NCBI RefSeq assembly: GCF_055900595.2
Contig: NZ_CM148325.1
DNA: 64,000 nt
Direction: 5' to 3' (one strand)
The translations under genes were made by a program, and so were the position numbers. Shown piece after piece: positions 48,213 through 59,620 of this stretch (its first letter is position 1; the number at the start of each line of letters is the position of its first letter). Below the pieces are notes generated by a model. The model worked only from the letters and a program-made list of their open reading frames with translations. It searched no databases and was not told where the DNA came from.

Positions 48213-48575
48213 ATGTTTCTAAACTATTTCGCGTTGGGAGTGCTGATCTTCGTCTTTCTGGTGATTTTTTATGTAATCATCGCGATACATGACATCCCTT
48301 ATCTGATTGCCAAAAAGCGCAATCACCCCCATGCCGACGCTATTCATACGGCGGGCTGGGTGAGCCTGTTTACTCTGCATGTTATCTGGCCGTTCCTGTG
48401 GATCTGGGCGACGCTCTATCAACCGGAGCGTGGCTGGGGTATGCAGTCACATGTTGCGTCGCAGGAGAAAGCGACTGACCCGGAAATCGCCGCACTTTCT
48501 GACCGAATTTCCCGGCTGGAGCATCAACTCGCCGCCGAGAAAAAGACTGACTATTCCACGTTCCCGGAGATCTAA
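48213..48575 (+). CDS. yibI: DUF3302-family small inner membrane protein YibI
   Basis: 120 aa, [45 protein letters not shown]... Confidence 0.85.
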   Translation: MFLNYFALGVLIFVFLVIFYVIIAIHDIPYLIAKKRNHPHADAIHTAGWVSLFTLHVIWPFLWIWATLYQPERGWGMQSHVASQEKATDPEIAALSDRISRLEHQLAAEKKTDYSTFPEI

Positions 48576-48577
48576 AT

Positions 48578-49714
48578 ATGGATCTATTGATTGTTTTAAC
48601 TTACGTGGCGCTGGCGTGGGCGGTCTTTAAAATCTTCCGCATTCCGGTAAATCAGTGGACGCTGGCGACGGCGGCGCTGGGAGGCGTGTTTCTGGTGAGT
48701 GGTTTGATTTTGTTGATGAACTACAACCACCCTTACACTTTTACCGCACAGAAAGCGGTGATTGCTATTCCCATCACGCCACAGGTGACGGGGATCGTGA
48801 CTGAAGTCACTGACAAGAATAATCAGCTCATTCAGAAGGGCGAGGTGCTTTTTAAGCTCGACCCGGTACGTTATCAGGCGCGAGTCGACAGACTTCAGGC
48901 TGACCTGATGACGGCGACGCATAATATAAAGACACTGCGCGCGCAGCTCACTGAAGCGCAAGCCAATACCACCCAGGTTTCAGCGGAGCGTGACCGCTTG
49001 TTTAAAAATTATCAACGTTACCTGAAAGGCAGCCAAGCGGCGGTAAATCCGTTCTCAGAACGTGATATCGACGATGCGCGGCAGAATTTTCTCGCGCAGG
49101 ATGCGCTGGTGAAAGGCTCGGTGGCGGAACAGGCGCAAATCCAGAGCCAGCTCGACAGTATGGTTAACGGTGAGCAGTCGCAGATTGTCAGCTTAAGGGC
49201 GCAGCTTACCGAAGCGAAATATAACCTTGAGCAGACCGTCATTCGCGCGCCGAGCAATGGCTACGTCACTCAGGTGCTGATCCGCCCAGGTACATACGCA
49301 GCTGCCTTGCCGTTGCGTCCGGTAATGGTTTTCATCCCTGAGCAAAAACGGCAAATTGTCGCCCAATTTCGGCAAAACTCGCTGTTACGTCTGAAACCCG
49401 GCGATGATGCGGAAGTGGTGTTTAACGCGCTACCTGGGCAGGTGTTCCACGGCAAACTGACTAGTATTTTACCTGTCGTGCCAGGCGGTTCGTATCAGGC
49501 GCAAGGGGTATTGCAATCATTAACGGTCGTGCCCGGCACGGACGGTGTGCTGGGAACCATTGAACTGGACCCTAACGATGATATCGATGCTTTACCCGAC
49601 GGCATCTACGCCCAGGTGGCAGTTTACTCCGACCATTTCAGCCATGTTTCGGTGATGCGGAAGGTGCTGCTAAGAATGACCAGTTGGATGCATTATCTTT
49701 ATTTGGATCATTGA
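48578..49714 (+). CDS. yibH: HlyD-family (membrane fusion protein-like) inner membrane protein YibH
   Basis: 378 aa, single N-terminal TM then coiled-coil and barrel-sandwich-like regions; starts 3 nt after yibI. Confidence 0.85.
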   Translation: MDLLIVLTYVALAWAVFKIFRIPVNQWTLATAALGGVFLVSGLILLMNYNHPYTFTAQKAVIAIPITPQVTGIVTEVTDKNNQLIQKGEVLFKLDPVRYQARVDRLQADLMTATHNIKTLRAQLTEAQANTTQVSAERDRLFKNYQRYLKGSQAAVNPFSERDIDDARQNFLAQDALVKGSVAEQAQIQSQLDSMVNGEQSQIVSLRAQLTEAKYNLEQTVIRAPSNGYVTQVLIRPGTYAAALPLRPVMVFIPEQKRQIVAQFRQNSLLRLKPGDDAEVVFNALPGQVFHGKLTSILPVVPGGSYQAQGVLQSLTVVPGTDGVLGTIELDPNDDIDALPDGIYAQVAVYSDHFSHVSVMRKVLLRMTSWMHYLYLDH

Positions 49715-49784
49715 GACTTGTATCACCTGTGTTTTGCGCGAGCCTGAGCCATACTGATATTTTTCCTCGCACAAAGGACTCGGC

Positions 49785-50393
49785 ATGAAACTCGTCGGTA
49801 GCTACACCAGCCCGTTTGTACGCAAACTTTCTATTCTGTTGTTAGAAAAGGGCATAACTTTCGAATTTATTAATGAACTGCCCTATAACGCGGACAACGG
49901 CGTGGCGCAATTTAACCCGTTAGGGAAAGTGCCGGTGCTGGTGACTGAAGAGGGCGAATGTTGGTTTGATTCGCCGATCATCGCTGAATATATTGAATTA
50001 ATGAATGTCGCTCCGGCGATGTTGCCGCGCGATCCGCTGGAGTCGTTGCGAGTGCGCAAAATTGAGGCGCTGGCGGATGGCATTATGGATGCCGGGCTGG
50101 TATCGGTGCGTGAACAGGCACGTCCGGCGGCGCAGCAGTCTGAAGATGAATTGTTACGCCAGCGGGAGAAAATCAACCGCAGTCTGGATGTGCTGGAAGG
50201 ATATCTGGTCGATGGCACGCTCAAAACCGATACGGTCAATCTGGCGACTATCGCCATTGCCTGTGCCGTCGGATATCTCAATTTCCGCCGCGTTGCGCCA
50301 GGCTGGTGTGTCGACCGCCCACACTTAGTCAAACTGGTCGAAAACCTGTTTAGCCGCGAAAGTTTTGCTCGCACCGAACCGCCAAAGGCTTGA
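49785..50393 (+). CDS. yibF: glutathione S-transferase YibF
   Basis: 202 aa, [39 protein letters not shown]... Confidence 0.9.
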
Positions 50394-50490
50394 TGCGCGA
50401 TATGTCCTCCTGACCCATCTCACGTTACAATCCGTGGTTATGTTAAACGCCCTTCTCCGTGTGAGAGGGCCTTGATCAACCAGGTTTCCT

Positions 50491-51882
50491 ATGACAACCG
50501 AAACGCGTTCCCTCTATAGTCAACTTCCGGCTATTGATCGCTTATTGCGCGATAGCTCCTTCCTTTCTTTGCGTGATACTTATGGTCACACCCGCGTGGT
50601 GGAATTGCTGCGTCAGATGCTTGACGAAGCGCGAGAAGTGATTCGTGACAACCAGACGCTACCCGCGTGGTGTGAAAACTGGGCGCAAGAAGTTGATGCC
50701 CGGTTGACGAAAGAGGCGCAAAGCGCGCTGCGTCCGGTGATCAACCTGACGGGAACCGTGCTGCATACCAACCTTGGGCGAGCTTTACAGGCGGAAGCCG
50801 CGGTGGAGGCTGTTGCGCAGGCTATGCGTTCGCCAGTAACCCTCGAATACGATCTGGATGACGCCGGACGCGGACATCGCGATCGGGCGCTGGCGCAGCT
50901 GCTGTGCCGTATTACGGGGGCGGAAGATGCCTGTATCGTTAATAACAATGCGGCGGCGGTCTTGTTGATGTTGGCGGCCATTGCCAGCGGGAAAGAGGTG
51001 GTGGTTTCTCGCGGCGAACTGGTGGAGATTGGCGGTGCGTTTCGTATTCCCGATGTTATGCGCCAGGCAGGCTGCACACTACACGAAGTGGGGACCACCA
51101 ACCGCACGCACACTAATGATTATCGTCAGGCGGTGAATGAAAATACCGCTCTGTTGATGAAAGTACATACCAGTAACTACAGCATTCAGGGGTTCACCAA
51201 AGCGATAGATGAAGCTGAACTGGTGGCGCTCGGCAAAGAGCTGGATGTTCCCGTAGTGACTGACTTAGGCAGCGGCTCGCTGGTCGATCTTAGCCAGTAC
51301 GGTTTGCCGAAAGAGCCAATGCCGCAGGAGTTGATTGCGGCGGGCGTCAGTCTGGTGAGCTTCTCCGGCGACAAGCTGTTAGGCGGACCGCAGGCAGGAA
51401 TTATTGTTGGTAAAAAAGAGATGATTGCCCGCCTGCAAAGCCATCCGCTGAAGCGTGTATTACGCGCGGATAAAATGACCCTCGCGGCGCTGGAAGCCAC
51501 GTTGCGTCTTTATTTACACCCTGAAGCTTTGAGTGAAAAATTACCGACTCTGCGTCTGCTTACCCGCAGCGCAGAGGTCATTCAAATCCAGGCACAACGT
51601 TTACAGGCCCCCCTTGCCGCACATTACGGCGCGGAGTTTGCGGTACAGGTTATGCCATGTCTTTCGCAGATTGGCAGTGGTTCGCTGCCGGTTGATCGCC
51701 TGCCGAGCGCGGCATTAACGTTTACACCCCATGATGGACGCGGTAGCCACCTTGAGTCATTAGCCGCCCGCTGGCGTGAATTACCAGTGCCGGTGATTGG
51801 TCGTATTTATGACGGACGATTGTGGCTGGATTTACGCTGCCTTGAAGATGAGCAACGGTTTTTGGAGATGTTGTTGAAATGA
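50491..51882 (+). CDS. selA: L-seryl-tRNA(Sec) selenium transferase
   Basis: 463 aa, [42 protein letters not shown]... Confidence 0.95.
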   Translation: MTTETRSLYSQLPAIDRLLRDSSFLSLRDTYGHTRVVELLRQMLDEAREVIRDNQTLPAWCENWAQEVDARLTKEAQSALRPVINLTGTVLHTNLGRALQAEAAVEAVAQAMRSPVTLEYDLDDAGRGHRDRALAQLLCRITGAEDACIVNNNAAAVLLMLAAIASGKEVVVSRGELVEIGGAFRIPDVMRQAGCTLHEVGTTNRTHTNDYRQAVNENTALLMKVHTSNYSIQGFTKAIDEAELVALGKELDVPVVTDLGSGSLVDLSQYGLPKEPMPQELIAAGVSLVSFSGDKLLGGPQAGIIVGKKEMIARLQSHPLKRVLRADKMTLAALEATLRLYLHPEALSEKLPTLRLLTRSAEVIQIQAQRLQAPLAAHYGAEFAVQVMPCLSQIGSGSLPVDRLPSAALTFTPHDGRGSHLESLAARWRELPVPVIGRIYDGRLWLDLRCLEDEQRFLEMLLK

Positions 51883-53723
51883 TTATTGCGACTGCCGGAC
51901 ACGTTGACCACGGCAAAACAACCTTATTGCAGGCGATTACTGGCGTAAATGCCGACCGTCTGCCGGAAGAAAAAAAGCGCGGCATGACCATCGATCTCGG
52001 CTATGCCTACTGGCCGCAGCCGGATGGTCGTGTTCCGGGTTTTATCGACGTTCCCGGTCATGAAAAGTTTCTTTCCAACATGCTGGCGGGCGTCGGGGGT
52101 ATCGATCACGCGCTGTTGGTGGTGGCGTGCGATGACGGCGTGATGGCACAGACTCGTGAGCATCTGGCGATTTTGCAGCTGACCGGTAACCCGATGCTGA
52201 CAGTGGCGCTGACCAAAGCCGATCGCGTGGACGAAGCGCGTGTTGATGAGGTTGAACGCCAGGTAAAGGAGGTGCTGCGGGAATACGGTTTTGCTGAGGC
52301 AAAACTGTTTATCACCGCAGCAACCGAAGGCCGGGGAATTGATGCCCTGCGCGAGCATCTGCTTCAGTTACCAGAACGTGAACACGCCAGCCAACATAGC
52401 TTCCGCCTCGCTATCGACCGTGCTTTTACCGTAAAAGGTGCCGGGCTGGTCGTCACCGGTACGGCGTTAAGTGGGGAAGTGAAGGTAGGCGATTCACTCT
52501 GGCTGACTGGTGTAAATAAACCGATGCGCGTGCGTGCGCTGCATGCGCAAAATCAGCCAACAAATGCAGCTCATGCCGGGCAGCGTATTGCGCTTAACAT
52601 CGCGGGTGATGCGGAAAAAGAACAGATTAACCGTGGGGACTGGTTGCTTGCCGATGCGCCGCCGGAGCCGTTTACGCGGGTGATAGTCGAGCTTCAAACT
52701 CATACACCGTTGACCCAGTGGCAGCCGCTGCATATTCACCACGCCGCCAGCCACGTTACGGGACGCGTTTCGCTGCTGGAAGATAACCTTGCCGAGTTGG
52801 TGTTCGACACGCCGCTGTGGCTGGCAGATAACGATCGCTTAGTGCTACGCGATATCTCGGCCCGCAACACGCTGGCGGGGGCGCGCGTGGTGATGCTTAA
52901 CCCGCCGCGTCGCGGTAAACGTAAGCCGGAATATCTGCAATGGCTGGAGTCTCTTGCACAGGCGCAGAGCGATGCCGATGCGTTAGCTATTCATCTGGAA
53001 CGCGGAGCGGTTAACCTTGCTGATTTCGCTTGGGCGCGCCAGCTCAACGGCGAAGGGATGCGTGAACTGCTGCAGCAACCGGGCTATATTCAGGCCGGTT
53101 ACAGCTTGCTGAATGCACCGGTTGCCGCTCGTTGGCAGCGTAAAATTCTCGATACCCTGGCGACTTATCATGAGCAGCATCGCGATGAACCAGGTCCTGG
53201 GCGCGAGCGTCTGCGGCGCATGGCGTTGCCAATGGAAGATGAAGCGCTGGTGCTGTTGCTGATTGAAAAGATGCGCGAAAGCGGCGACATCCTCAGTCAT
53301 CACGGTTGGCTGCATCTGCCGGATCATAAAGCGGGCTTCAGCGAAGAGCAGCAGGCCATCTGGCAAAAAGCGGAGCCGCTGTTTGGTGACGAGCCGTGGT
53401 GGGTGCGTGACCTGGCAAAAGAGACGGGAACCGACGAGCAGGCAATGCGTTTGACGCTACGCCAGGCGGCGCAGCAGGGGATAATTACCGCGATCGTTAA
53501 AGATCGTTATTACCGTAACGATCGGATTGTCGAGTTTGCCAATATGATCCGCGATCTCGATCAGGAATGTGGTTCAACCTGCGCGGCGGATTTCCGCGAT
53601 CGCTTAGGCGTAGGCCGAAAGCTGGCAATTCAAATCCTGGAATATTTTGACCGCATTGGCTTTACGCGGCGTCGTGGAAATGATCATTTATTGCGCGACG
53701 CATTATTATTTCCGGAAAAATAG
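51879..53723 (+). CDS. selB: selenocysteine-specific elongation factor
   Basis: 614 aa, [23 protein letters not shown]...; overlaps selA stop by 4 nt. Confidence 0.95.
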   Translation: MIIATAGHVDHGKTTLLQAITGVNADRLPEEKKRGMTIDLGYAYWPQPDGRVPGFIDVPGHEKFLSNMLAGVGGIDHALLVVACDDGVMAQTREHLAILQLTGNPMLTVALTKADRVDEARVDEVERQVKEVLREYGFAEAKLFITAATEGRGIDALREHLLQLPEREHASQHSFRLAIDRAFTVKGAGLVVTGTALSGEVKVGDSLWLTGVNKPMRVRALHAQNQPTNAAHAGQRIALNIAGDAEKEQINRGDWLLADAPPEPFTRVIVELQTHTPLTQWQPLHIHHAASHVTGRVSLLEDNLAELVFDTPLWLADNDRLVLRDISARNTLAGARVVMLNPPRRGKRKPEYLQWLESLAQAQSDADALAIHLERGAVNLADFAWARQLNGEGMRELLQQPGYIQAGYSLLNAPVAARWQRKILDTLATYHEQHRDEPGPGRERLRRMALPMEDEALVLLLIEKMRESGDILSHHGWLHLPDHKAGFSEEQQAIWQKAEPLFGDEPWWVRDLAKETGTDEQAMRLTLRQAAQQGIITAIVKDRYYRNDRIVEFANMIRDLDQECGSTCAADFRDRLGVGRKLAIQILEYFDRIGFTRRRGNDHLLRDALLFPEK

Positions 53724-53781
53724 GGGAATGATTAATTCATAATAAATATGAATTAATACAAAGTTCTTATTAATGTTAAGG

Positions 53782-53816
53782 AAGCACGTTATTTGATGAA
53801 TGTAACGTGCTTTTTA
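53782..53816 (+). terminator. rho-independent terminator after selB
   Basis: 9-bp stem aagcacgtt / aacgtgctt followed by TTTTT. Confidence 0.65.
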
Positions 53817-53912
53817 TTAAAAATATTTTAATAAACGGTAATGTTGATCATATTTTCAAATGAAAATCCTCAGTAAGCTGCCGGCCCTTTTTTACTCTTT
53901 CAGGAGTGTATT

Positions 53913-55032
53913 ATGGCAGCTTCAACCTTTTTTATTCCTTCCGTGAATGTTATCGGCGCTGATTCATTGAATGATGCAATGAATATGATGGCAGATTATG
54001 GATTTACCCGTACCTTAATTGTCACCGACAATATGTTAACGAAATTGGGTATGGCGGGTGATGTGCAAAAAGCACTGGAAGAACGCAATATTTTTAGCGT
54101 TATTTATGATGGCACCCAACCTAACCCCACCACGGAAAACGTCGCTGCAGGTTTGAAATTACTTAAAGAAAATAATTGCGATAGCGTGATTTCCTTAGGC
54201 GGTGGTTCTCCACACGACTGCGCAAAAGGTATTGCGCTGGTTGCAGCCAACGGCGGTGACATCCGCGATTATGAAGGCGTTGACCGCTCTGCAAAACCGC
54301 AGTTGCCGATGATCGCCATCAACACCACGGCGGGTACGGCATCAGAAATGACCCGTTTTTGCATCATCACCGATGAAGCACGTCACTCCGCTGCTTTCTG
54401 TCAATGACTCCTCGCTGATGATCGGTATGCCGAAGTCACTGACCGCTGCAACGGGTATGGATGCCTTAACGCACGCTATCGAAGCGTATGTGTCTATTGC
54501 CGCCACGCCGATCACCGACGCTTGCGCACTGAAAGCGGTGACTATGATTGCCGAAAACCTGCCCTTAGCCGTTGAAGATGGCAGCAATGAGAAAGCGCGC
54601 GAAGCAATGGCTTACGCTCAGTTCCTCGCGGGTATGGCGTTCAACAATGCGTCTCTGGGTTATGTTCATGCGATGGCGCACCAGTTAGGTGGTTTCTACA
54701 ATCTGCCGCACGGTGTATGTAACGCCGTTCTGCTGCCGCACGTTCAGGTATTCAACAGTAAAGTCGCTGCTGCACGTTTGCGTGACTGCGCTGCCGCGAT
54801 GGGTGTTAACGTGACAGGTAAAAACGACGCGGAAGGTGCAGAAGCCTGCATCAATGCCATCCGTGAACTGGCGAAGAAAGTGAATATCCCGGCAGGCTTG
54901 CGTGACCTGAACGTGAAAGAAGAAGATTTCGCGGTACTTGCGACCAATGCCCTGAAAGATGCCTGCGGCTTTACTAACCCGATTCAGGCAACTCACGAAG
55001 AAATTGTGGCGATTTATCGCGCGGCGATGTAA
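53913..55032 (+). pseudogene. yiaY: Fe-containing alcohol dehydrogenase YiaY, split into two overlapping frames (apparent frameshift near 54380)
   Basis: Track ORFs 53913..54407 ([31 protein letters not shown]...CIITDEARH then SAAFCQ stop) and 54373..55032 ([39 protein letters not shown]...) are the N- and C-halves of one iron-ADH fold in different frames. Confidence 0.7.
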
Positions 55033-55232
55033 TCATCATTCCCACAATGGCTGGCTAATTGTCAGCCATTTTTTCAACTCTCTCAAAATTTGCGATTTTT
55101 GAGAGAGTTTTAGTTATCTCTGTAATCCTTGCCCGTAAATTCGTGATAGCCGTCGTAAAGCTATCACCAGCTGGCGAAGATTTCGCCAGTCACGTCTACC
55201 CTTGTTATACCTCACACCGCAAGGAGACGATC

Positions 55233-56771
55233 ATGACCAATAATCCCCCTTCAGCACAGATTAAGCCCGGCGAGTATGGTTTCCCCCTCAAGTTAAAAGC
55301 CCGCTACGACAACTTTATTGGCGGCGAATGGGTAGCCCCTGCCGACGGCGAGTATTACCAGAACCTGACGCCGGTGACCGGGCAGCTACTGTGCGAAGTG
55401 GCGTCTTCGGGCAAACGAGACATCGATCTGGCGCTGGATGCTGCGCATAAAGTGAAAGATAAATGGGCGCATACTTCGGTGCAGGATCGCGCGGCGATTC
55501 TGTTTAAGATTGCCGATCGAATGGAGCAGAACCTCGAACTTTTAGCGACGGCTGAAACCTGGGATAACGGCAAACCCATTCGCGAAACCAGTGCTGCTGA
55601 TGTACCGCTGGCGATTGACCACTTCCGCTATTTCGCCTCGTGTATTCGGGCGCAGGAAGGCGGTATTAGCGAAGTGGATAGCGAAACCGTGGCTTATCAC
55701 TTCCACGAACCGTTAGGCGTGGTGGGGCAGATTATCCCGTGGAACTTCCCGCTGTTGATGGCGAGCTGGAAAATGGCTCCCGCGCTGGCGGCGGGCAACT
55801 GTGTGGTGCTGAAACCCGCACGTCTTACCCCGCTTTCTGTACTGCTGCTAATGGAAATCGTTGGTGATTTACTGCCGCCGGGCGTGGTGAACGTGGTTAA
55901 CGGTGCTGGTGGGGAAATTGGCGAATATCTGGCGACCTCGAAACGCATCGCTAAAGTGGCGTTTACCGGCTCAACGGAAGTGGGCCAACAAATTATGCAA
56001 TACGCTACGCAAAACATTATTCCGGTGACGCTGGAGCTGGGCGGCAAATCGCCAAATATCTTCTTTGCTGATGTGATGGATGAAGAAGATGCCTTTTTCG
56101 ATAAAGCGCTGGAAGGCTTTGCACTGTTTGCCTTTAACCAGGGCGAAGTTTGCACCTGTCCAAGCCGTGCTTTAGTGCAGGAGTCTATCTACGAACGCTT
56201 TATGGAACGCGCCATCCGCCGTGTCGAAAGCATTCGTAGCGGTAACCCGCTCGACAGCGTGACGCAAATGGGCGCGCAGGTTTCTCACGGGCAATTGGAA
56301 ACCATCCTTAACTACATTGATATCGGTAAAAAAGAGGGCGCAGACGTGCTCACCGGTGGGCGGCGCAAGCTGCTGGAAGGCGAACTGAAAGACGGCTACT
56401 ACCTCGAACCGACGATTCTGTTTGGTCAGAACAATATGCGCGTGTTCCAGGAAGAAATTTTTGGTCCGGTGCTGGCGGTAACCACCTTCAAAACGATGGA
56501 TGAGGCGCTGGAGCTGGCGAACGACACGCAATATGGTCTGGGGGCTGGTGTCTGGAGCCGCAACGGTAATCTGGCCTATAAGATGGGGCGCGGCATTCAG
56601 GCCGGGCGAGTGTGGACCAACTGTTATCACGCTTACCCGGCACATGCGGCGTTTGGTGGCTATAAGCAGTCGGGTATCGGGCGCGAAACCCATAAGATGA
56701 TGCTTGAGCATTACCAGCAAACCAAGTGCCTGCTGGTGAGCTACTCAGATAAACCGTTGGGGCTGTTCTGA
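55233..56771 (+). CDS. aldB: aldehyde dehydrogenase B
   Basis: Track ORF 55059..56771; start placed at [33 protein letters not shown] (ATG 55233), 512 aa. Confidence 0.93.
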   Translation: MTNNPPSAQIKPGEYGFPLKLKARYDNFIGGEWVAPADGEYYQNLTPVTGQLLCEVASSGKRDIDLALDAAHKVKDKWAHTSVQDRAAILFKIADRMEQNLELLATAETWDNGKPIRETSAADVPLAIDHFRYFASCIRAQEGGISEVDSETVAYHFHEPLGVVGQIIPWNFPLLMASWKMAPALAAGNCVVLKPARLTPLSVLLLMEIVGDLLPPGVVNVVNGAGGEIGEYLATSKRIAKVAFTGSTEVGQQIMQYATQNIIPVTLELGGKSPNIFFADVMDEEDAFFDKALEGFALFAFNQGEVCTCPSRALVQESIYERFMERAIRRVESIRSGNPLDSVTQMGAQVSHGQLETILNYIDIGKKEGADVLTGGRRKLLEGELKDGYYLEPTILFGQNNMRVFQEEIFGPVLAVTTFKTMDEALELANDTQYGLGAGVWSRNGNLAYKMGRGIQAGRVWTNCYHAYPAHAAFGGYKQSGIGRETHKMMLEHYQQTKCLLVSYSDKPLGLF

Positions 56772-56783
56772 TGTAAGAAGCTG

Positions 56784-56830
56784 GTCGCATCGGGTATTCA
56801 TTGCCTGATGCGACGCTTTCGCGTTTTACC
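56784..56830 (+). terminator. hairpin after aldB (gtcgcatc...gatgcgac) followed by T-rich tract
   Basis: 8-bp inverted repeat read from sequence. Confidence 0.5.
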
Positions 56831-57048
56831 AATTCAAATGTCTACGTCTTGAATGACTGAATATTGATTGAACTTAATTACGAGTCTCCTCGCATCTTTT
56901 CAACAAGTTACTGCACACCGTTATTCTTCTTCCGAACGGCATTCCTGAGTCAACTTTATCTCCCTGACGGCCCATATAAATCGCGCTATCGTGATTGTTA
57001 TTGCTAAGTGTGTGTGTATCGTGTGTATAATCATGGAAGGGCAGGGAT

Positions 57049-57234
57049 GTGAAAAGTGCAGACGTGATCGCCATCCTGAAGCAGCATGGCTGGGAACATA
57101 TTCGAACCCGTGGTAGTCATCATCAGTTCCGCCACCCTGTCCATCCGGGTCTGGTGACGGTTCCGCACCCTAAAAAAGATATTAAGCCCGGTACGCTGGC
57201 GCAAATTGGGCGTCAGGCTGGTTTAACATTTTAA
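57049..57234 (+). CDS. hicA: HicA-family toxin (61 aa), GTG start
   Basis: MKSADVIAILKQHGWEHIRTRGSHHQFRHPVHPGLVTVPHPKKDIKPGTLAQIGRQAGL: HicA-like GSHH...GL(V)TVP(H)PKKD signature; TATAAT at 57025-57030 upstream. Confidence 0.8.
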   Translation: MKSADVIAILKQHGWEHIRTRGSHHQFRHPVHPGLVTVPHPKKDIKPGTLAQIGRQAGLTF

Positions 57235-57250
57235 AATTTCAGGAGGCAAT

Positions 57251-57661
57251 ATGTTTTATCCCGCCTATATCCACAGTGATCCTGACGGCAGCGCCAGCGG
57301 TTTTTTCCCTGATGTTCCAGGCTGTTATTTTGCTGGTGATACGCTGGACAACGCTTTCCAGGATGCGCGAAGTGCACTGGTCGCGCACTTCGAAACCTTA
57401 TGCGAGATGAATGAAGAGTTGCCGCTTCCAGGCTCTGTGGAAACACATCTGGTCCAGCGTGCGCAGGACTTTATTGGCGGGCAATGGTTGCTGGTGGATA
57501 TCAATATGAATCAGTTCGAAGGTCGGGCTGAACGTATCAATATTACGATGCCGAAAAGATTACTGAACAAGATTGATACCTACGTGCGCAATAACCCAGA
57601 CTACGCCAACAGAAGTGCGTTTCTGGCGGAAGCTGCCCGGCGTGTATTGCCGGGCGTTTAA
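57251..57661 (+). CDS. hicB: HicB-family antitoxin (136 aa) with C-terminal ribbon-helix-helix
   Basis: Starts 17 nt after hicA; C-terminal INITMPKRLLNKIDTYVRNNPDYANRSAFLAEAARRVL is RHH/CopG-like. Confidence 0.75.
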   Translation: MFYPAYIHSDPDGSASGFFPDVPGCYFAGDTLDNAFQDARSALVAHFETLCEMNEELPLPGSVETHLVQRAQDFIGGQWLLVDINMNQFEGRAERINITMPKRLLNKIDTYVRNNPDYANRSAFLAEAARRVLPGV

Positions 57662-58041
57662 TCTCGCGTTTCGATGGTGAGCGGGCGGACCAGGCTGTAC
57701 AGCCACAGACCAAAACAAGCGATGGTGCCAATCACCACGGTGAGGAACACACTGACTGACAGGCCTGCAAGCAATCCCGCAGGCAGGGCCAGCAGGCCGT
57801 GGATCACGGTGTCGTTCCATCTCACCTGATCGTAGCCAAACATGCCTAAAACGCCGCAAACCAGACCGTAAATCACCATTGGTGTTCCGAGGCCAATCAG
57901 CAATAAACGGTAGATAATTGAAGGTTTAATACGCTTTATCTGTACTGTGGATGTTTTACTGGGGTTATTCATTAGTTTGGTCAATAGTTCCATTATTTCA
58001 ATATGATAAACCTCGACCTGTTGAAAAGCCAGGTAGCACAC
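57658..58041 (-). CDS. small hydrophobic membrane protein of unknown function (111-127 aa depending on start)
   Basis: Track ORF; two or three predicted TM segments (IIYRLLLIGLGTPMVIYGLVCGVLGMF, GLLALPAGLLAGLSVSVFLTVVIGTIACFGLWLY); 3' end overlaps hicB stop by 4 nt (convergent). Start uncertain. Confidence 0.45.
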   Translation of the reverse strand: MCYLAFQQVEVYHIEIMELLTKLMNNPSKTSTVQIKRIKPSIIYRLLLIGLGTPMVIYGLVCGVLGMFGYDQVRWNDTVIHGLLALPAGLLAGLSVSVFLTVVIGTIACFGLWLYSLVRPLTIETRD

Positions 58042-58154
58042 TTCAGAAAGTATATAAAAAACAATATGTCGTTATATAAATAAGGAAATTGCACTGCATC
58101 ATGGCATTTCATAATATGCGTTAATTGTTCTTTTTTATATTCTCTGAGGGAAAT

Positions 58155-58478
58155 ATGTTCCTGGACTATTTTGCACTGGGAGTGCTTATTTTTGTATTTC
58201 TGGTGATATTCTATGGGATTATTATTTTACATGATATTCCCTACCTGATTGCTAAAAAACGTAATCATCCTCATGCCGACGCCATTCATGTTGCTGGTTG
58301 GGTGAGTCTTTTTACGCTGCATGTTATCTGGCCATTTTTGTGGATTTGGGCCACGCTTTACCGCCCGGAGCGGGGATGGGGAATGCAAAACCATGACTCC
58401 TCCGTTGTGCAACTACAACAGCGTATTGCCGGGCTGGAGAAACAGCTCGCCGACATCAAATCCTCTTCTGCCGAGTAA
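58155..58478 (+). CDS. yiaW: DUF3302-family small inner membrane protein YiaW (paralog of YibI)
   Basis: Start at [46 protein letters not shown]-terminal ~75 aa nearly identical to YibI. Confidence 0.85.
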   Translation: MFLDYFALGVLIFVFLVIFYGIIILHDIPYLIAKKRNHPHADAIHVAGWVSLFTLHVIWPFLWIWATLYRPERGWGMQNHDSSVVQLQQRIAGLEKQLADIKSSSAE

Positions 58479-58483
58479 TACTT

Positions 58484-59620
58484 ATGGATTTACTGATTAT
58501 TTTGACCTATGTGGCTTTCGCATGGGCAATGTTTAAGATCTTCAAAATTCCTGTAAATAAATGGACCATTCCCACCGCGGCCCTGGGTGGCATATTTATT
58601 GTCAGCGGTCTAATTCTGTTAATGAACTATAACCATCCGTATACCTTTAAAGCGCAAAAAGCGGTTATTTCTATTCCTGTTGTCCCGCAGGTGACAGGCG
58701 TGGTGATCGAAGTGACGGACAAGAAAAATACGCTGATTAAAAAAGGTGAGGTGCTATTTCGACTGGACCCGACGCGTTATCAGGCGCGGGTGGATCGGCT
58801 GATGGCGGATATCGTTACCGCAGAACATAAACAGCGGGCGTTGGGCGCAGAGTTAGATGAGATGGCGGCGAATACTCAGCAGGCAAAGGCCACGCGGGAT
58901 AAATTCGCTAAAGAGTACCAGCGTTACGCACGCGGCAGCCAGGCGAAAGTAAACCCGTTTTCAGAACGCGATATTGATGTGGCGCGGCAAAATTATCTGG
59001 CGCAGGAAGCCTCCGTAAAGTCATCGGCGGCGGAACAAAAACAGATCCAGAGCCAGCTGGATAGCCTGGTGTTGGGTGAACATTCTCAAATCGCCAGCCT
59101 GAAAGCGCAGCTCGCGGAAGCAAAATATAACCTTGAGCAGACGATAGTGCGTGCGCCGAGCGATGGTTATGTGACCCAAGTGCTGATTCGTCCGGGTACC
59201 TATGCCGCATCGCTGCCGCTACGTCCTGTGATGGTGTTTATACCCGATCAGAAACGACAAATTGTGGCGCAGTTCCGTCAGAACTCCTTGCTGCGACTGG
59301 CTCCCGGCGATGATGCGGAAGTGGTGTTTAATGCTCTGCCAGGTAAGGTATTCAGCGGTAAGCTGGCAGCCATTAGCCCAGCTGTTCCCGGCGGAGCTTA
59401 TCAGTCGACCGGCACCTTACAGACGTTAAACACAGCACCGGGTTCAGATGGCGTTATCGCGACCATTGAACTGGATGAGCACACTGAGTTGAGCGCTTTA
59501 CCAGACGGTATTTACGCCCAGGTGGCGGTTTACTCTGATCATTTCAGCCATGTCTCGGTGATGCGCAAAGTGCTGTTACGCATGACCAGTTGGGTGCATT
59601 ACCTTTATCTCGATCATTAA
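58484..59620 (+). CDS. yiaV: HlyD-family inner membrane protein YiaV (paralog of YibH)
   Basis: 378 aa, collinear with YibH along the full length with high identity. Confidence 0.85.
   Translation: MDLLIILTYVAFAWAMFKIFKIPVNKWTIPTAALGGIFIVSGLILLMNYNHPYTFKAQKAVISIPVVPQVTGVVIEVTDKKNTLIKKGEVLFRLDPTRYQARVDRLMADIVTAEHKQRALGAELDEMAANTQQAKATRDKFAKEYQRYARGSQAKVNPFSERDIDVARQNYLAQEASVKSSAAEQKQIQSQLDSLVLGEHSQIASLKAQLAEAKYNLEQTIVRAPSDGYVTQVLIRPGTYAASLPLRPVMVFIPDQKRQIVAQFRQNSLLRLAPGDDAEVVFNALPGKVFSGKLAAISPAVPGGAYQSTGTLQTLNTAPGSDGVIATIELDEHTELSALPDGIYAQVAVYSDHFSHVSVMRKVLLRMTSWVHYLYLDH

Noticed and set aside
56874-57074. 66-aa minus-strand ORF between aldB and hicA
   Set aside because: Overlaps the predicted hicA promoter and start, with no SD or domain signal.
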